Positions 39,356-49,518 of a stretch of 55,699 nucleotides of DNA are shown in pieces. This DNA comes from Octopus bimaculoides (Eukaryota), in assembly GCF_001194135.2 (NCBI RefSeq), contig NC_068985.1, positions 3,374,318-3,430,016 of the forward strand. Reading direction: 5' to 3'. Each line of letters opens with the position of its first letter. Position 1 is the stretch's first letter. The notes below the pieces were generated by a model. The model was not told where the DNA came from. It made no database searches and was given only the letters and a program-made list of their open reading frames with translations. A program made the translations under genes and the position numbers.

Positions 39356-42300
39356 TGAAGCTGAAAAAGTGTAGTCAATGAAGAGACTAAGAGAGAGAAA
39401 ACATGTGAAACAATGAGAAAGGGAGAGTAAGAGTGAAGAAGACAGGTTTCTAGGAAGTGAGAAGCTGACTAAGAGAGGGAGTTAAAGCAAACATGCAAGA
39501 AAAAGAGGGTGATAGTGATGTAGATATTTAAGCATGGAAGCTGAAACTGTTTGCTGTCAAGGCATCCTAGCTGTCATGGCAACAAACAGAGTATCGTTTT
39601 CTTGAAACAGAAGCGACCGTTGCCAGTACCACCTGACTGGCCCTTGTGCCGGTGGCACGTAAAAGCACCCACTACACTCTCGGAGTGGTTGGTGTCAGGA
39701 AGGGCATCCAGCTGTAGAAACTCTGCCNNNNNNNNNNGTGTCAGGAAGGGCATCCAGCTGTAGAAACTCTGCCAAATCAGATTGGAGCCTAGTGTAGCCA
39801 TCTGGTTCACCAGTCCTCAGTCAAATCATCCAACCCATGCCAGCATGGGAAGCGGACGCTAAACGATGATGATGATGAACCTCTAAACCGTCCATACTAG
39901 TTGAATCAGTTTGGTGAAGGCTGTTGGCTTAATATGTCAATGGTTGCTCTATCATCGCAGCTCAAGACATTCAACTCATAAATTTCCCAATCCACTTTTG
40001 CTGCACAGATGACACAGCAATGACAGTGTTATATAACTGACAAACGTTTCATTTGATGTTAGAATTAAAAGAAGAACTAATGATCATGATTGTTGTAGGC
40101 CCAGCCCAGACTTATTGTCTACTCACTGTTCGAGTAAACACCTCATAAAGGCTTTTCGGAAGCTTTTATTCCCTGGAAGAAACCTGTCACTTATCTCTGT
40201 TTAGTGGATTAATGAATGAGGTTGAGTTTATATAAGGTATCAGTTATTCAGTTGTGTGTGTGTGAGTGTTTGTTGCATGTATAATTCTAGTAAAATCTTT
40301 TGTTATCTGAAATATTGAACTATAGGAAAAGATGATTGTGAACATCACGGCTGAGAAAATATGGAAGTCTTCAGCAGACAGAATATTCTCTTCAACCACA
40401 AAAACATTGGAATTATCAACGACTGCATATAAGGCAACAGCTACCAGCAAACCAGCCACAAGTTCAGTTTTCAAATCAACCGCATCTCACAGCACAAAAC
40501 ATACATTGAAATCTTCAACTACACATTCTACACGTCCTGTTCACACTACTAAACATAAAACCTCAAACAAACCTATAATAACATCCTTCATCACAAGTTC
40601 TGTCCATTCAACCACACGAAGATCTTCAAAGGCCTCAACTAAATCATCTCCTTCAAGAAACTCTGTTCCTTCTACTAAACGCACCACCTCAAACACGCCC
40701 AAAGTTTCATCTGTTATACATTTCACGAGCTCCCAGACATCAACACCTTCCAAGACTACATTCAAAACGACTTTATCAAACAAGAAATCAACGAATAAAC
40801 ATTTTCACACAACATCCATGACTTCAAAATCATCAACAAAGCCAAGCTCTACGAGAAAAACCAAAACCAAAGTTCCTAACTTTTCTACCATTCGTAAGTA
40901 ATCTATTTTGGTTGTGTTTTTCATGTTTACTTTGATCTGTTTAAGAGCATAATGTGAGTGGGCCACTGCAGTTGCATAAATAAAATACAATGTAAAATGC
41001 AGAAGGATTTACATAATTTCATTAAACAACATTTAGTTCTATTAACTGAGAATTTAATTTCCAGAACAAAACAGGAAATGTGAAAATTACTATTTGTAAA
41101 TCTTACAATGAGAGATATTCAGCAACGGTACTTTGGAGTAAAGATTGTTTACTAACATAACATGGCAGTCCTGGTTTAGGACGAATGTTGCTGTAATTTA
41201 GCCCCAGGAGACATCGTCTCCAGCTGGCTATACGACATGATTTGTGTCCTTATAATTTTGAGCTGAGTAAAGATGCTAGATTCCCTTGTCCGAAATTATA
41301 GGCACATAAAAAACACCTTTTTGAGTGTGGCTGTTGCCAGTACCTTGTGACTGGTCCTCGTGCCGGTGGCACGTAAAAGCACCCACTACATTCTCGGAGT
41401 GGTTGGCGTTAGGAAGGGTATCCAACTGTAGAAACTCTGCCAAATCAGATTGGAGCCTGGTGCAGCCTTCTGGCTTGCCAGTCCTCAGTCAAATCGTCCA
41501 ACCCATCCTAGCATGGAAAGCGGACGTTAAACGATGATGATGATGATGATGATGACAGATCATGTCATATAGCCAGCTGGAGACGATATCTCCTGGGGCT
41601 AAATTACAGCAACATTTGTCCTAAACCAGGACTGCCATGTTATGCTGGCAAATAATCTTTACTGCAAAACAGGAAATGTTGTTCAGTTTTGGCTCTGATC
41701 AAAGAATCAGGATCTATGTAATATCTCTTCTAATTACACCTGGTATACTGGTTACAATTACCACATGAAACATCTCTAGCAGTTTTAAACACACACTTAG
41801 ATGTGACTAATGAATGCAAACAGCAAACTAGTTCTTTGTATTTTGCTAAGAAATTGTCTTGCAAATGAACAGTGAACTCATAAGAAAAGTATTGAGAAAA
41901 TATCAGGAATGATTGTATTAAATTTTCAGGAATTAAAATTCTTTAATCTGTTTCTACTCATGTCTGAGCTCAAATTTATTTTCTCTAGTTCTAAAAGTAT
42001 AAACCTTTGTTAACATATTACAAATTAAACAATCCAGGCAATAAAAAGAATTCCTATGTTTAGATATTCTTGAAGTTTCGTTACAAACAACAAACAGATT
42101 TGTTCTTGGACATACTTAAAATGGATTCCATTTTAAACATATATCTGAGAATAATTGGAATCTAATCCACATATCCATTTCCTCAGAAGGCCATTTCTTT
42201 TTAACAGATTCTATTAAGTGGGTTACAGGAAGACATAATTCCTCATATTTCTTTGGAACTAAGACTCTTCTCCAGAAGTAAACCTACAACATGAGAAGTC

Positions 42301-45300
42301 TTTTTCAATTTCAAGTGTGCATTGTATGCAGACTTACCACTAAAGCGTATAGTACACACAAACTTTACTCCACTGTAAGTTTGGTGTATGCACAGACTAA
42401 TCCTCAAGGTACATAGTGTATATAGAGACCAATATATTAAGTGCATATTGTATGTAGAGATTAAATCACAGGTGTGTAGTGTATATAGAAGCTAATCAAG
42501 CAGGTGAGCAGTGTCCAAACACAATAACTCCTATGTGTAATCTTTTTTGTATTACAACCAATAATTGTAATACAACTGAAAGGGAATTTAGATATACCAA
42601 TATATACTGTGGAGGCACAATGGTCCTGTGGTTAGGGCAGCGGACTCACGGTCGTAGGATCGCTATTTCGATTCCCAGACCACACGTTGTGAGTGTTTAT
42701 TGAGCAAAAACACTTAAAGCTCTGGCAGAGTCCAGTGGCGAACCCTGCTGTACTCTTTCTCTCATTCTTTCTTCCTGTGTCTGTTGTACCTGTATTTCAA
42801 AGGGCCAGCCTTGTCACACTCTGTGTCACGCTGAATCTCCCCCAAGAACTACGTTAAGGGTACACGTGTCTGTGGAGTGCTCAGCCACTTGCACGTTAAT
42901 TTCATGAGCAGGCTGTTCCGTTGATCGGATCAACTAGAACCCTTGTCGTAACCGATGGAGTACAATGAATATATACTAAATTAAATTAACATCTAAGCAG
43001 TAATTTCAGTTTTCCTTTCTCACATCAAAGGAAATCATTAACGAGTTTGAAATTACTTTGATGACCTTGCAGGCTTTGAATGATATCCTAAAAGTGCAAT
43101 TGATTTTTAGCAGATGAGAGGAGATAATCACTGTGATTTACGTTGAAATTACAATGACATCCGTTACAAAATTCTCTGATTTGTTTAATTGGATTCCATG
43201 TTGGGGTTGTGTTTTTGTTAATGTTTGGTGGTTTGGTTTTATATGGTTTGTTTGTTGTGTTTTGATGTATTTTATGGAAATTGTACAGGATCTTAGGCTG
43301 TTTCTTATACTTGGAGTTAGATATAATTTTATTCACACAATCTGTAAATGATTATTGTTTAGCATGGTCAAATTGCAGTTATAAGGTGATTATGAAAGAC
43401 ACACAGAGAAACAAACATACACACACACAAACACATGCATGCATGCACTTATATACAGAGAGAGGGGGAGGGGAGATAGAGGGAGGGAGAGGTGAGGAGA
43501 GAGAGAGTATAGAAATGTGTATATCCAGGTACATTTAAGACCAGCACCAGTGCTTTTTACATGGCACCAGCACCAGTGCTTTTTACATGGCACCAGCACC
43601 ACCTGCTAAAAAGAACTCCCTGATATCAATCACCACTGTCTAAAACAGGGGAAGCACATTGGATAGTGTGATCCCAGATACACAATGTCTGAAAAGAATA
43701 GACTTAATCAAGAATAATGTGAAACTAAGCCAAAATAAAACAACTCAGCTAAATCTGTATAAAAAGCATGAAAGATATCTTTCGGGTTGGAAGTTGTAAA
43801 GTTGGAAGTGGAAAAGACTAATTAAAATATTTGAAAATAATTACATTTTGTGGGATAAAATTAGATGTTTTGAGTGAAACTGAAATGTTATTTCTTCACC
43901 AGCCGCTTTCATCCTTCCAGGACCCATGGTATGCAGTTGTCCAACACAACCAACTTCAAAACCTTGCACTGAAAGTTTGGCACAAAGTAGTAAAGATACG
44001 ATTAGTCAAAGTAAGTAATCTTTTATGCAATTGCACTTAATTTTTCATTGATGATTTGACAAAACGCACATACGCATACAGTGACATAGACACAGAGGCA
44101 AGTGAAATCAAAATCAAAATCAAAATCGCTGACGTGGCCGATGACAGTACAGCCTGATTGGCACTCGTGCCAGTGGAATGTTACAAGCACATTCGAATAT
44201 AGGGTGCAGCCATCCCACTTATGAGTACCCCTCATTCACTGGACAATAAACTTTGCTTGCGAAGACCTGTTGAGGCAAGTGAAATGAAATCAAAATCGCT
44301 GATGTGGCCAATAACAGTACCGCCTGATTGGCACTCATGCCAGTAGTGGAACGTTAAAAGCATATCCAAGCGTGCTTGTTGCCAGGGTAATGGACTGGCT
44401 CCTGTGCTGGTGGCACATAAAAAGCACCATTCGAGTGTGATCATTGCCAGCGTCGCCTTACCAGCACATGTACCGGTGGCACCTGAAAAACAACATTCAA
44501 GCATGGTCATTGCTAGTGCCGCCTGAGTGGCTCCTGTGCAGGTAACATGTAAAAAACACCTTTTGAATGTGGTTGTTACCATAACCGCCTGACTGGCCCT
44601 CGTGCTAGTGTCACGTAAAACCACCCACTACACTTTCGGAGTGGTTGGCATTAGGAAGGACATCCAGCTGTAGAAACTTTGCCAGATCAGTTTGGAGCCT
44701 GGTACAGCCTTCTGGCTCACCAGTCCTCAGTCAAACCGTCCAACCCATGCTAGCATGGAAAGCGGACGTTAAACGACGATGCTGATGATGATGATGATGA
44801 CATACACATGTGCATACTTATAAAAACATGCATACACATGCATACATACACTCATTCAGTTATTAAACATGTATGCACATACAACTGCTCACATGTGCCC
44901 ATGCACACACATACATATACAGGAACATGCATTTTCAAAGATAACAAAATATGTACACCTGTATGTATTTCCTTCACATATATTTATGGTTTTGATTGGA
45001 TTTTGTTTGAATTTAGGATGTTGTAAACTACTAAACCATACTAGAAACCCTTAAATCACCCTATAAACTCCCAAATCTGTCTTTAATCTATCAAACCAAC
45101 CCCCATAAATCACAAAACCACCCAGTCACCTGTTTGTTATGGCACTTGATAGTCCTTTAGAAAACTCGAAAGTGAATTGCTGGATTGCTGAGTAAACACT
45201 ATGGTTAAGCCATTGTCGTTTCATGTGACTGACCAATTAACTGAACAATCATGTGATTCAATTTTTAGAACTTTCTCATTAAGCTGTATATAAAGGTGGT

Positions 45301-46365
45301 TTTGGCTGGCAATTCCAGAATGTTGAGGCAGCTGCTCAACATCTCCATTCTCCAGTGGTTCTCAACCTTTATCACATTCGGGCCCACTTTTTATGATCAA
45401 AAAATCCCAGGCCCACTGATCTCAAAACCAGTTATCTGACCCTCTTCTTCAAGAAGAATGGCTGCAAGTTTGGGATTAAGATCTTGGTCGTTAATAACAT
45501 CATAATGATGAAGGTCAAAGAGTCACTTCAGTGGCTTCAAGTTGAAGATATCTTGGAAGCATCTTCTCATATCCATTTGCAAGCTCTTCAAATGGCTGGC
45601 ACAGCTGATAATTACAGCTTCTGATTGATAAAGGCAAATTCACCCCATTGAAACTGAATTATCCATAAATCAAGCTTGTTTATGAATGACCACATCTTCT
45701 TGGTACAGTCCACTATTGTTGCACCATGTCCTTCGATCAATTTATCTAAGGCGTTCCAAACTTTAGAAGACACAGATTTTGTCATCATGAATAGAGTGTG
45801 TTTATTTCCCAGTCGTGATGGTCCACTCACAGATTGCTATATCCCAGTTAAATTGTCATAGATCCCAGTATTCTGTTTCTCCTGGGATGTAATTGGTGCT
45901 GTTAGTTTTCAGAACTAACACATACAACACTCAGTGCGGTTAATAAAATTTCTGTGAATTGTTCATGAGTGTTTTAATTACTTTTACATGCAGCCTTAGA
46001 AAGACATTGTCATTTTTCACCAACATCAAGCACCCAACGACACCTCTCAACAGTCCAAATTATTTTACATCTCCATCTCTGGTTTGAAAGATAAACCGTT
46101 AGATTCAGTGAATAGATGTTGTTCAATGGATTAACAACTTCATCCTTGTGCCACTGATGAAATATAAAGATTTTTCAGTTAAACCTCAACATTAAGCGTA
46201 GGAGTGGCTGTGTGGTAAGTAGCTTGCTTACGAACCACATGGTTCTAGGTTCAGTCCCACTGCGTGGCACCTTGGGCAAGTGTCTTCTACTATAGCCTCG
46301 GGCCGACCAAAGCCTTGTGAGTGGATTTGGTAGACGGAAACTGAAAGAAGCCCATCGTATAGATG

Positions 46366-46420
<55 letters not shown>

Positions 46421-47294
46421 ATATGTTTGTGTGTCTGTGTTTGTCCCTCCAACATCGCTTGACAACCGGTGCTGGTGTGTTTAGGTCCCCGTAACATAGC
46501 AGTTCGGCAAAAGAGACCGATAGAATAAGTACTAGGCTTACAAAGAATAAGTCCTGCTGTCGATTTGCTCGACTAAAGGCGGTGCTCCAGCATGGCCGCA
46601 GTCGAATGACTGAAACAAGTAAAAGAGTAAAAGAGTAAAGAGAGTGTTATTTCCACCTCTGCGACCGTTTCTTTTCAATCTTTAAAAGTTACTTCTACCA
46701 TAAACCAAGTCATTTGTTTGATATTTCATGATGAGGGATCCATCCAAAGGTGTTTGACCACCTTTGTCGCGTAAGGGAGGTTTGAATAAACCCTTCTCTT
46801 CTTTTATTTGGAAAAATGTTAAATAGAACAGGGCCAGTGGAAGGAAGGTAATTGTATTGCTGTGTATTTATGTGTTGTGAGCCTGAGTAGTCTCTAGGGG
46901 CTGTATGGCACAAGGTCTCAACCTTTGATGAATCCTGAATTTGGTATTAACGTCATTTGGGCAATGTCTGCATACCAGGAGTGATCTGAACTTAAAAAAC
47001 TTCCTATTCATGTTTAAATGCTCAAAAATTTACATCTTTTGTACCTGGTTTTCCTTTAGAAACATTTTACCTTTGCAAAAGTTTAAAAAATGCATTTTCT
47101 GTATTTTAATATATTTACAAAATATTTTAATTTTTACTTTTATTTTTACAGGTACTCTTGTTGGAAGTATATTTGGCAGTTTCTTTCTTGGTATAGCTGT
47201 AGCCTTGATATTATACGCTGTAAGGAGGATATTTATAAACAAAATCAAAGGACATCACATCAGCAGTATAGACTACCCTTACACTCAATTCTAG
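17264..47294 (+). CDS. Whole gene model: 15 exons, 778-aa type I membrane glycoprotein with two LolA/ependymin-like domains, a SEA-like module, a mucin stalk, TM and YxxPhi tail
   Basis: Fifteen exons joined by hand, all GT-AG and phase-compatible, total 2337 nt with no internal stop. The internal repeat LP..P..(Y/F)S...E / YDY / G.C / VR.I.C..W / Y.F..F...P occurs twice. The fold name is motif recognition, not a search result. Confidence 0.85.
17867..17912 (-). ncRNA. Minimal hammerhead motif (core CUGAAGA; one stem I mismatch)
   Basis: Reverse complement reads GACAC-CTGAAGA-A-GGCTG-gagggtatat-CAGCC-GAAA-CGTT-GAGTT. Confidence 0.65.
18131..18176 (+). ncRNA. Hammerhead motif, palindrome mutated (ACGT to ACAT)
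   Basis: GACAC-CTGATGA-AGGCTG...CAGTC-GAAA-CATT-GTGTT. Confidence 0.5.
18299..18499 (+). CDS. Exon 2
   Basis: TTTCTGTCAG| acceptor, G|GTAAGC donor, 201 nt, phase 1-1. [67 protein letters not shown]. Confidence 0.9.
20061..20472 (+). mobile_element. 5'-truncated LINE end (probably RTE) encoding three degenerate C2H2 zinc fingers
   Basis: (R)[41 protein letters not shown] and [21 protein letters not shown], with a frameshift after finger 1; followed by an (ATGT)n tail. Confidence 0.65.
20600..20718 (+). CDS. Exon 3
   Basis: TTTTAATATAG| acceptor, TGG|GTAAGA donor, phase 1-0. [40 protein letters not shown]. Confidence 0.85.
21372..21502. repeat. Near-perfect palindrome/hairpin, 61-bp arms, 9-nt loop
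   Basis: Arms 21372-21432 and 21442-21502 differ at one position; loop AATTTCCAC. Confidence 0.95.
21700..22140 (+). mobile_element. RTE-clade LINE internal relic
   Basis: [18 protein letters not shown]...KKFANVL...FRIARQC...[12 protein letters not shown] linker motifs; degenerate. Confidence 0.7.
22150..22630 (+). repeat. Tandem array of about 8 diverged roughly 60-bp units at the 5' side of a family B element
   Basis: Recurring GGCTCCTGTGCCAGTGGCACRTAAAAAGCACCATCYGAA...GATGCCAGC. Confidence 0.8.
23176..23490. mobile_element. Second inverted pair of the same repeat around (TAA)n
   Basis: Minus copy about 23176-23320, short TAA tract, plus copy about 23340-23490. Confidence 0.8.
23226..23271 (-). 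ncRNA. Minimal type-I hammerhead ribozyme motif (intact copy)
   Basis: Reverse complement reads GACAC-CTGATGA-A-GGCTG-gagggtacat-CAGCC-GAAA-CG-TT-GTGTT: stem I, core CUGAUGA, stem II, GAAA, palindromic AACGTT. Confidence 0.7.
23744..23842 (+). repeat. (GTC)n(ATC)n compound microsatellite upstream of exon 4
   Basis: Direct reading; one of dozens of AT, AC, ATGT, AAT, GAT and AG microsatellites in the window. Confidence 0.95.
23908..24013 (+). CDS. Exon 4
   Basis: TTCTTCAG| acceptor, G|GTAAGT donor, phase 0-1. [35 protein letters not shown]. Confidence 0.85.
25118..25495 (+). mobile_element. SINE family A
   Basis: Homologous to 229-645. Confidence 0.88.
26068..26198 (+). CDS. Exon 5
   Basis: TTTTAAAG| acceptor, CAG|GTGAGA donor, phase 1-0. 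[44 protein letters not shown]. Confidence 0.88.
26498..26878 (-). mobile_element. SINE family C
   Basis: Homologous to 5778-6162. Confidence 0.88.
27013..27132 (+). CDS. Exon 6 (start of second domain)
   Basis: GATTTTAG| acceptor, AAG|GTAAGA donor, 120 nt, phase 0-0. [40 protein letters not shown] parallels [12 protein letters not shown] in exon 2. Confidence 0.88.
27394..28800 (+). mobile_element. R4/Dong-clade LINE, 5'-truncated, inserted in (TAA)n
   Basis: [34 protein letters not shown]; C-terminus [20 protein letters not shown] plus 3' UTR. TAA repeats on both sides; N gap inside. Confidence 0.9.
28810..28955 (+). mobile_element. Hammerhead-family repeat directly after the Dong 3' (TAA)n tail; core mutated (GAAA to AAAA)
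   Basis: CATCGAAAAATACCTTAGG...CTGATGAAGGCTGG...CAGCCAAAATGTTGTGTT. Confidence 0.7.
29361..29457 (+). CDS. Exon 7
   Basis: TTTTCTACAG| acceptor, G|GTAAGA donor, phase 0-1. [32 protein letters not shown]. Confidence 0.9.
29517..29859. mobile_element. Tc1/mariner-type MITE
   Basis: TACGAGGTGGCAGAGCTAAGCAGTGAT pairs imperfectly with ATCACTGCTTAGCGCTCCGACCCCATA; TA termini. Confidence 0.65.
30764..30924 (+). CDS. Exon 8
   Basis: GATTACAG| acceptor, ATG|GTATGT donor, phase 1-0. [54 protein letters not shown]. Confidence 0.9.
31341..31436 (+). CDS. Exon 9
   Basis: AATTTTAG| acceptor, CAG|GTAATT donor, 96 nt. [32 protein letters not shown]. Confidence 0.9.
33698..33766 (+). CDS. Exon 10
   Basis: TTTTTTCAG| acceptor, ATG|GTGCGT donor, 69 nt. 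[23 protein letters not shown]. Confidence 0.87.
33998..34544. mobile_element. hAT-like element (second copy) with a SINE inserted at about 34270-34415
   Basis: CTGGGCCAGATTA / TAATCCAGCGCAG ends; flanks GTTGATTA / GTTGACTG (6 of 8 match). Confidence 0.7.
34961..35090 (+). CDS. Exon 11
   Basis: TTTCTTGCAG| acceptor, G|GTAAGG donor, phase 0-1. [43 protein letters not shown]. Confidence 0.9.
36421..36539 (+). CDS. Exon 12
   Basis: TTATTACCAG| acceptor, GAG|GTAATG donor, phase 1-0. [40 protein letters not shown]. Confidence 0.87.
37268..37620 (+). mobile_element. SINE family A (plus inverted partial copies at about 37100-37260 and 37655-37805)
   Basis: Homologous to 229-645. Confidence 0.85.
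37995..38174 (+). CDS. Exon 13
   Basis: CGTTTCAG| acceptor, AAG|GTATGT donor, 180 nt. [60 protein letters not shown]. Confidence 0.88.
38985..39130. mobile_element. TA-flanked MITE with about 42-bp imperfect TIRs
   Basis: TATCTCTACAGATTTT...GCCAGCACTGAA versus TTCAGTGCTGG...AAAATCTGTAGAGATA. Confidence 0.7.
40326..40893 (+). CDS. Exon 14 (Ser/Thr/Lys-rich mucin-like stalk)
   Basis: AACTATAG| acceptor, C|GTAAGT donor, 568 nt, phase 0-1. Coincides with the 189-aa S/T/K-rich ORF 40332-40901. Confidence 0.9.
41137..41663. mobile_element. Foldback/MITE with about 105-bp TIRs and a SINE inserted in the middle
   Basis: 41137-41241 is the reverse complement of 41559-41663 with few mismatches. Confidence 0.8.
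42607..42965 (+). mobile_element. SINE family C
   Basis: Reverse-orientation homolog of 26498-26878. Confidence 0.88.
45353..46190 (-). mobile_element. hAT DNA transposon relic (ZBED5/FAM200-like transposase)
   Basis: Terminal CAGTGGTTCTCAACC at 45353. Minus-strand L...IEG...TIVD...[12 protein letters not shown] and [16 protein letters not shown] motifs. The other TIR was not found. Confidence 0.65.
46197..46640 (+). mobile_element. SINE family A, young copy
   Basis: CpGs largely retained; homologous to 229-645. Confidence 0.9.
47152..47294 (+). CDS. Exon 15 (transmembrane helix and cytoplasmic tail, stop)
   Basis: Long pyrimidine tract ending TTTTTACAG|, phase 1. [47 protein letters not shown]: a hydrophobic stretch followed by the RR..K.K basic cluster. 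Confidence 0.9.
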
Positions 47295-47467
47295 AATAAC
47301 TCATAACTTGAGTGAAGATGCCTTGTTTTGTTATATCTTGTACTCTTGTCTGTCTTCCACCTACATACCTACCTACATACATATATACACATACACACAT
47401 GCATATTTATGTATAGAAATTAAATATATATTCCACATATATACATACCTACGCATATGTATATGTT

Positions 47468-47501
<34 letters not shown>

Positions 47502-47642
47502 GAGTATGTATGTATACACATATATACAAGGTATATACATACATATAAATAATACATAATATATATATGTATTCAGTGCAAATGGGTTTTTTTATACGGT
47601 GCCGTGTTTACAAATCTGTAAATAATAAGAATGAAATTTTTC

Positions 47643-47786
47643 TATAAGCTTAAAGCTTATGGCAATCACAAAGCAGTGACTAAGGAAAATAGTCTAATAA
47701 AGGGTCATATAAGCCCCCTACAGAAACAATAAGGCTTTCCTATCTGTGTAGGAAATCCAGTGATTGCCATAAGCTTTAAGCTTATA
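47643..47786. mobile_element. MITE with perfect 27-bp TIR just downstream of the stop codon
   Basis: TATAAGCTTAAAGCTTATGGCAATCAC / GTGATTGCCATAAGCTTTAAGCTTATA. Confidence 0.8.
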
Positions 47787-47822
47787 TAAAAATACCATTA
47801 TTATTTTTTACAGGATATATAT

Positions 47823-47872
<50 letters not shown>

Positions 47873-48019
47873 CATATATACATAGTCGTTTGCATGCAAC
47901 CCTCTGTGTACCTGTGTATATGAAATCATAACTAATGAATCACCTTTTCTCCCATTCAATATTTTGTCAATCCTTGCTTCTTTTTCTAACCCTCTGTCCC
48001 CCAAAACTTGGGGGACCTT

Positions 48020-48785
48020 GAGTTATATTAAAATCAATTATTGAGACCAATATGGATTGACAAAGTTGTTAGGGGATTCTAAGAATAATGCTTTGCAGTA
48101 TTTGTTCCAATTTGGCTCTATAAATTCTGAGTTCAGATTTTTCTGCAGTCTACCTTGCCTTTTATCCATTTGGGGCTTTGAAAAACAAAAGACACCAGAC
48201 ACGTACGGGTTTGAAGATATCAATTAAGCCTCAAAATTTCTGATCTTGTACGATTCTTCTTCTGTCAAATGTAAATAATGGACATGATTCCTCATCTCTT
48301 AAATATGGAACTGAATGTTCATTTTTATTCACCCCAGCAATGTTCAGTTTCTGGTGTCTGGCCAGGTGATCACATTGGATCATTGCATCCCACAGGATTT
48401 TGCAATTCTCATTTACAGTGATTCCTTCTGGAGTTTTCTCACACCATGTCTTTGCTCTTTGCAGGCCGTGATTTCCCCAGAGTTCCCAATGGATCATTCT
48501 TGCCACATTATCATGGCATCTCTTGTATTCGTATTGTGCCAATTTCAGGCATTTGCTAATGATATGCCATACCACTTCAGCCTTCTCACCACACATTCTG
48601 CATTTGTTGTTATCGGTAGTGTTGTCAATTCTGCACTTCCTATAATTGGTCCTTAACGCTTGTTCTTGAGCTGCACATATGAGTGTTTCTGTCTCCATCT
48701 TCAGGTCACTCCTCCTCATCCATAGCCACTGGTCCTCTGTATCTGTCATGGCATTCACATCTCTTGCACACTGATTGTACATTTT
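48020..48785 (-). mobile_element. R4/Dong-clade LINE relic (CCHC and RLE region)
   Basis: WLWMRRSDLKMETETLICAAQEQALRTNY...CRMCGEKAEVVWHIISKC..LAQYEYKRCHDNVARMIHWEL. Confidence 0.88.
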
Positions 48786-48799
48786 CTTCTTTTTTCTTT

Positions 48800-49192
48800 C
48801 TTTCTTTTATTTGTTTCAGTCATTCGACTGCGGCCATGCTGGAGCACCGCCTTTAGTCGAACAAATCGACCCCAGGACTTATTCTTTGTAAGCCTAGTAC
48901 TTATTCTATCAGCTACTTTTGCCGAAACGCTAAGTTACAGGGACGTAAACACACCAGCATCGGTTGTCAAGCGATGTTGGTGGGGGGGACAAACACAGAC
49001 ACACACACATATATATATACACATATATACGATGGGCTTCTTTCAGTTTCCGTCTACCAAATCCACTCACAAGGCTTTGGTCAGCCCGAGGCTATAGTAG
49101 AAGACACTTGCCCATTGTGCCATGCAGTGGGGGACTGAACCCAGAACCATGTGGTTGGTAAGCAAGCTACTTACCACACAGCCACTCCTGCA
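48800..49192 (-). mobile_element. SINE family A
   Basis: Reverse complement of the 46197 copy. Confidence 0.9.
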
Positions 49193-49214
49193 CCTATTTG
49201 TTCACTTTTCCGTT

Positions 49215-49420
49215 TCAATTTTTCTTTACTTACACAATCTTCAGTTTTGCTGATGCCGGCCTTCTTCGTGTGTTTCAACAGTGGCTCCATGGCATTTTCT
49301 ATATACCACTCTAGGCTGTTTTCTTCTGCTTTGGTACAGTTCTGGATAAGTACAGCCTATCAGTGTTACTCATCGGTCGGAAGACTCCATGTATTGTCAA
49401 CATTTTTCTGGTCTTGGTGA
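49215..49420 (-). mobile_element. R4/Dong-clade fragment
   Basis: KTRKMLTIHGVFRPMSNTDRLYLSR motif directly adjacent to a (TAA)n tract. Confidence 0.65.
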
Positions 49421-49429
49421 TTATTATTA

Positions 49430-49515
<86 letters not shown>

Positions 49516-49518
<3 letters not shown>

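Noticed and set aside
39690-39775. Apparent tandem duplication GTGTCAGGAAGGGCATCCAGCTGTAGAAACTCTGCC around 10 Ns
   Set aside because: It most likely reflects an unmerged contig overlap at a scaffold gap.
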